A DNA stretch of 63,788 nucleotides, counting the filler, from Octopus bimaculoides (Eukaryota), in NCBI RefSeq assembly GCF_001194135.2. It is 5 parts of 5 records of this genome, joined end to end, with 100 filler letters (N's around TTAATTAATTAA, not from the genome) between each part and the next. Parts side by side here need not be neighbours in the genome. Positions count along the whole stretch, not along the records: positions 45,365 to 63,788 come from NC_068992.1; 4 more parts are not named here. The stretch is one strand, 5' to 3'. The position numbers and the translations under genes were made by a program. Shown piece by piece: positions 62,791 through 63,788 of the stretch (positions are counted from its first letter, which is position 1; every line of letters starts with the position of its first letter). The notes below the pieces were generated by a model. The model searched no databases. It had not been told where the DNA came from and saw only the letters and a program-made list of their open reading frames with translations.

Positions 62791-63718
62791 ATAAATATGT
62801 TGTGTATATATGTGTGTTTGTGTGTGTTTATATATATGCATATACATATATGCATACGTATACATATATAATACAATCATACATATTACGGTTCCATTTA
62901 TTACTTCCATGTTAAATTGTTTCACGCCTAGTTACGCTATACATCTTTCTCTCTTTGTGTGTGCGTGTGTATATATATAGATGCGTGTTTGTTTGTGCGC
63001 GTGTATATATGTACACAGAGAGAGAGGAAAATGAGAGAACCGTTTGCATGCGCGGATGCATACATATACATACGTGTGTGTATGTGTGCGTGCGTGTCCT
63101 TTCGTGTGTCTATGAGCGTGTGTGTATGCTCGTGTGTGTGCGCGTTAACGTGAAGCGAATGCGACTTGCATGTTTCACCACTTGCCCTCGCATCAACTCA
63201 GAACTTCACCTTTGCCGAGCAAGCTTTGTCAGATCATTACGGTGCTGATGTACTTGTTGTTGATGATGATGATGATGATAGTGATTACGGTGATGCTGAT
63301 ACTTAAACATTCTTGTTGCTGTTATTGTTCCTGTTGTTGTTCTTCTTGTTCGTGTTGCTGATGCGCTAGCTATTTGTGGTAATGGAGCTCGGGGTAGCGG
63401 TGCAATTTCGTGCAACTCTATAGAGCTTTATACGAGCTCTTTTGCACGCATGGGATGCAATGTCAGAATTAAATATATCATTGATATATATGCGTATGTG
63501 CATAAACATGTATATATAAAACATATAGATAAATGGATAGAGATGGATAGATAGATGCATATCTTTATGTAATATACATAAACACGTATTTTTACATAGT
63601 TTCATGTACAGTGATGTATACGCATATTTCTGAATATATACACAAATACACGTATATGCATACATGTATATTAGTGTAAATAAAGATGTTTGTCTTTATA
63701 TTTATATATCAACACATC

Positions 63719-63788
<70 letters not shown>

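Overview
Repeat-dense, AT-rich eukaryotic (metazoan) DNA, most likely from an octopus or other coleoid cephalopod. That assignment is an inference from the tRNA-derived SINE types and the extreme microsatellite load. About 8.5 kb (~13%) is N, almost always next to (TA)n, (CA)n or (GATA)n arrays. Four artificial 100-bp spacers (44 N + TTAATTAATTAA + 44 N) split the window into five separately assembled pieces: 1-6145, 6246-12578, 12679-40529, 40630-45264 and 45365-63788. I recognise no complete host gene, only a few candidate spliced exons. The recognisable coding sequence is decayed transposon: a maT/Tc1-like and three mariner transposase remnants, RTE-like LINE fragments and a Penelope-like retroelement (PLE). 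I label the short interspersed repeats A-E for reference. A = tRNA head + internal microsatellite + AAAAGAGT tail. B = GGCGGCGAGCTGGCAGAA head. C = GGAGGCGCAATGG head with (AAC)n tail. D = GGAGGCGCGTAGC head. E = CTAGAAATAGCAGC...GGGGCTAAAC type. The most interesting object is the PLE at 4155-5487. It has a 12-bp target-site duplication and two inverted pseudo-LTRs. Each pseudo-LTR carries a tRNA-like Pol III A/B-box promoter followed, with no T4 terminator, by a minimal hammerhead ribozyme motif. Hammerhead-like motifs from at least three other repeat families also occur, including a CUGUUGA core variant. A 147-bp-arm fold-back element lies at 40691-41009. All alignments and folds were done by eye.
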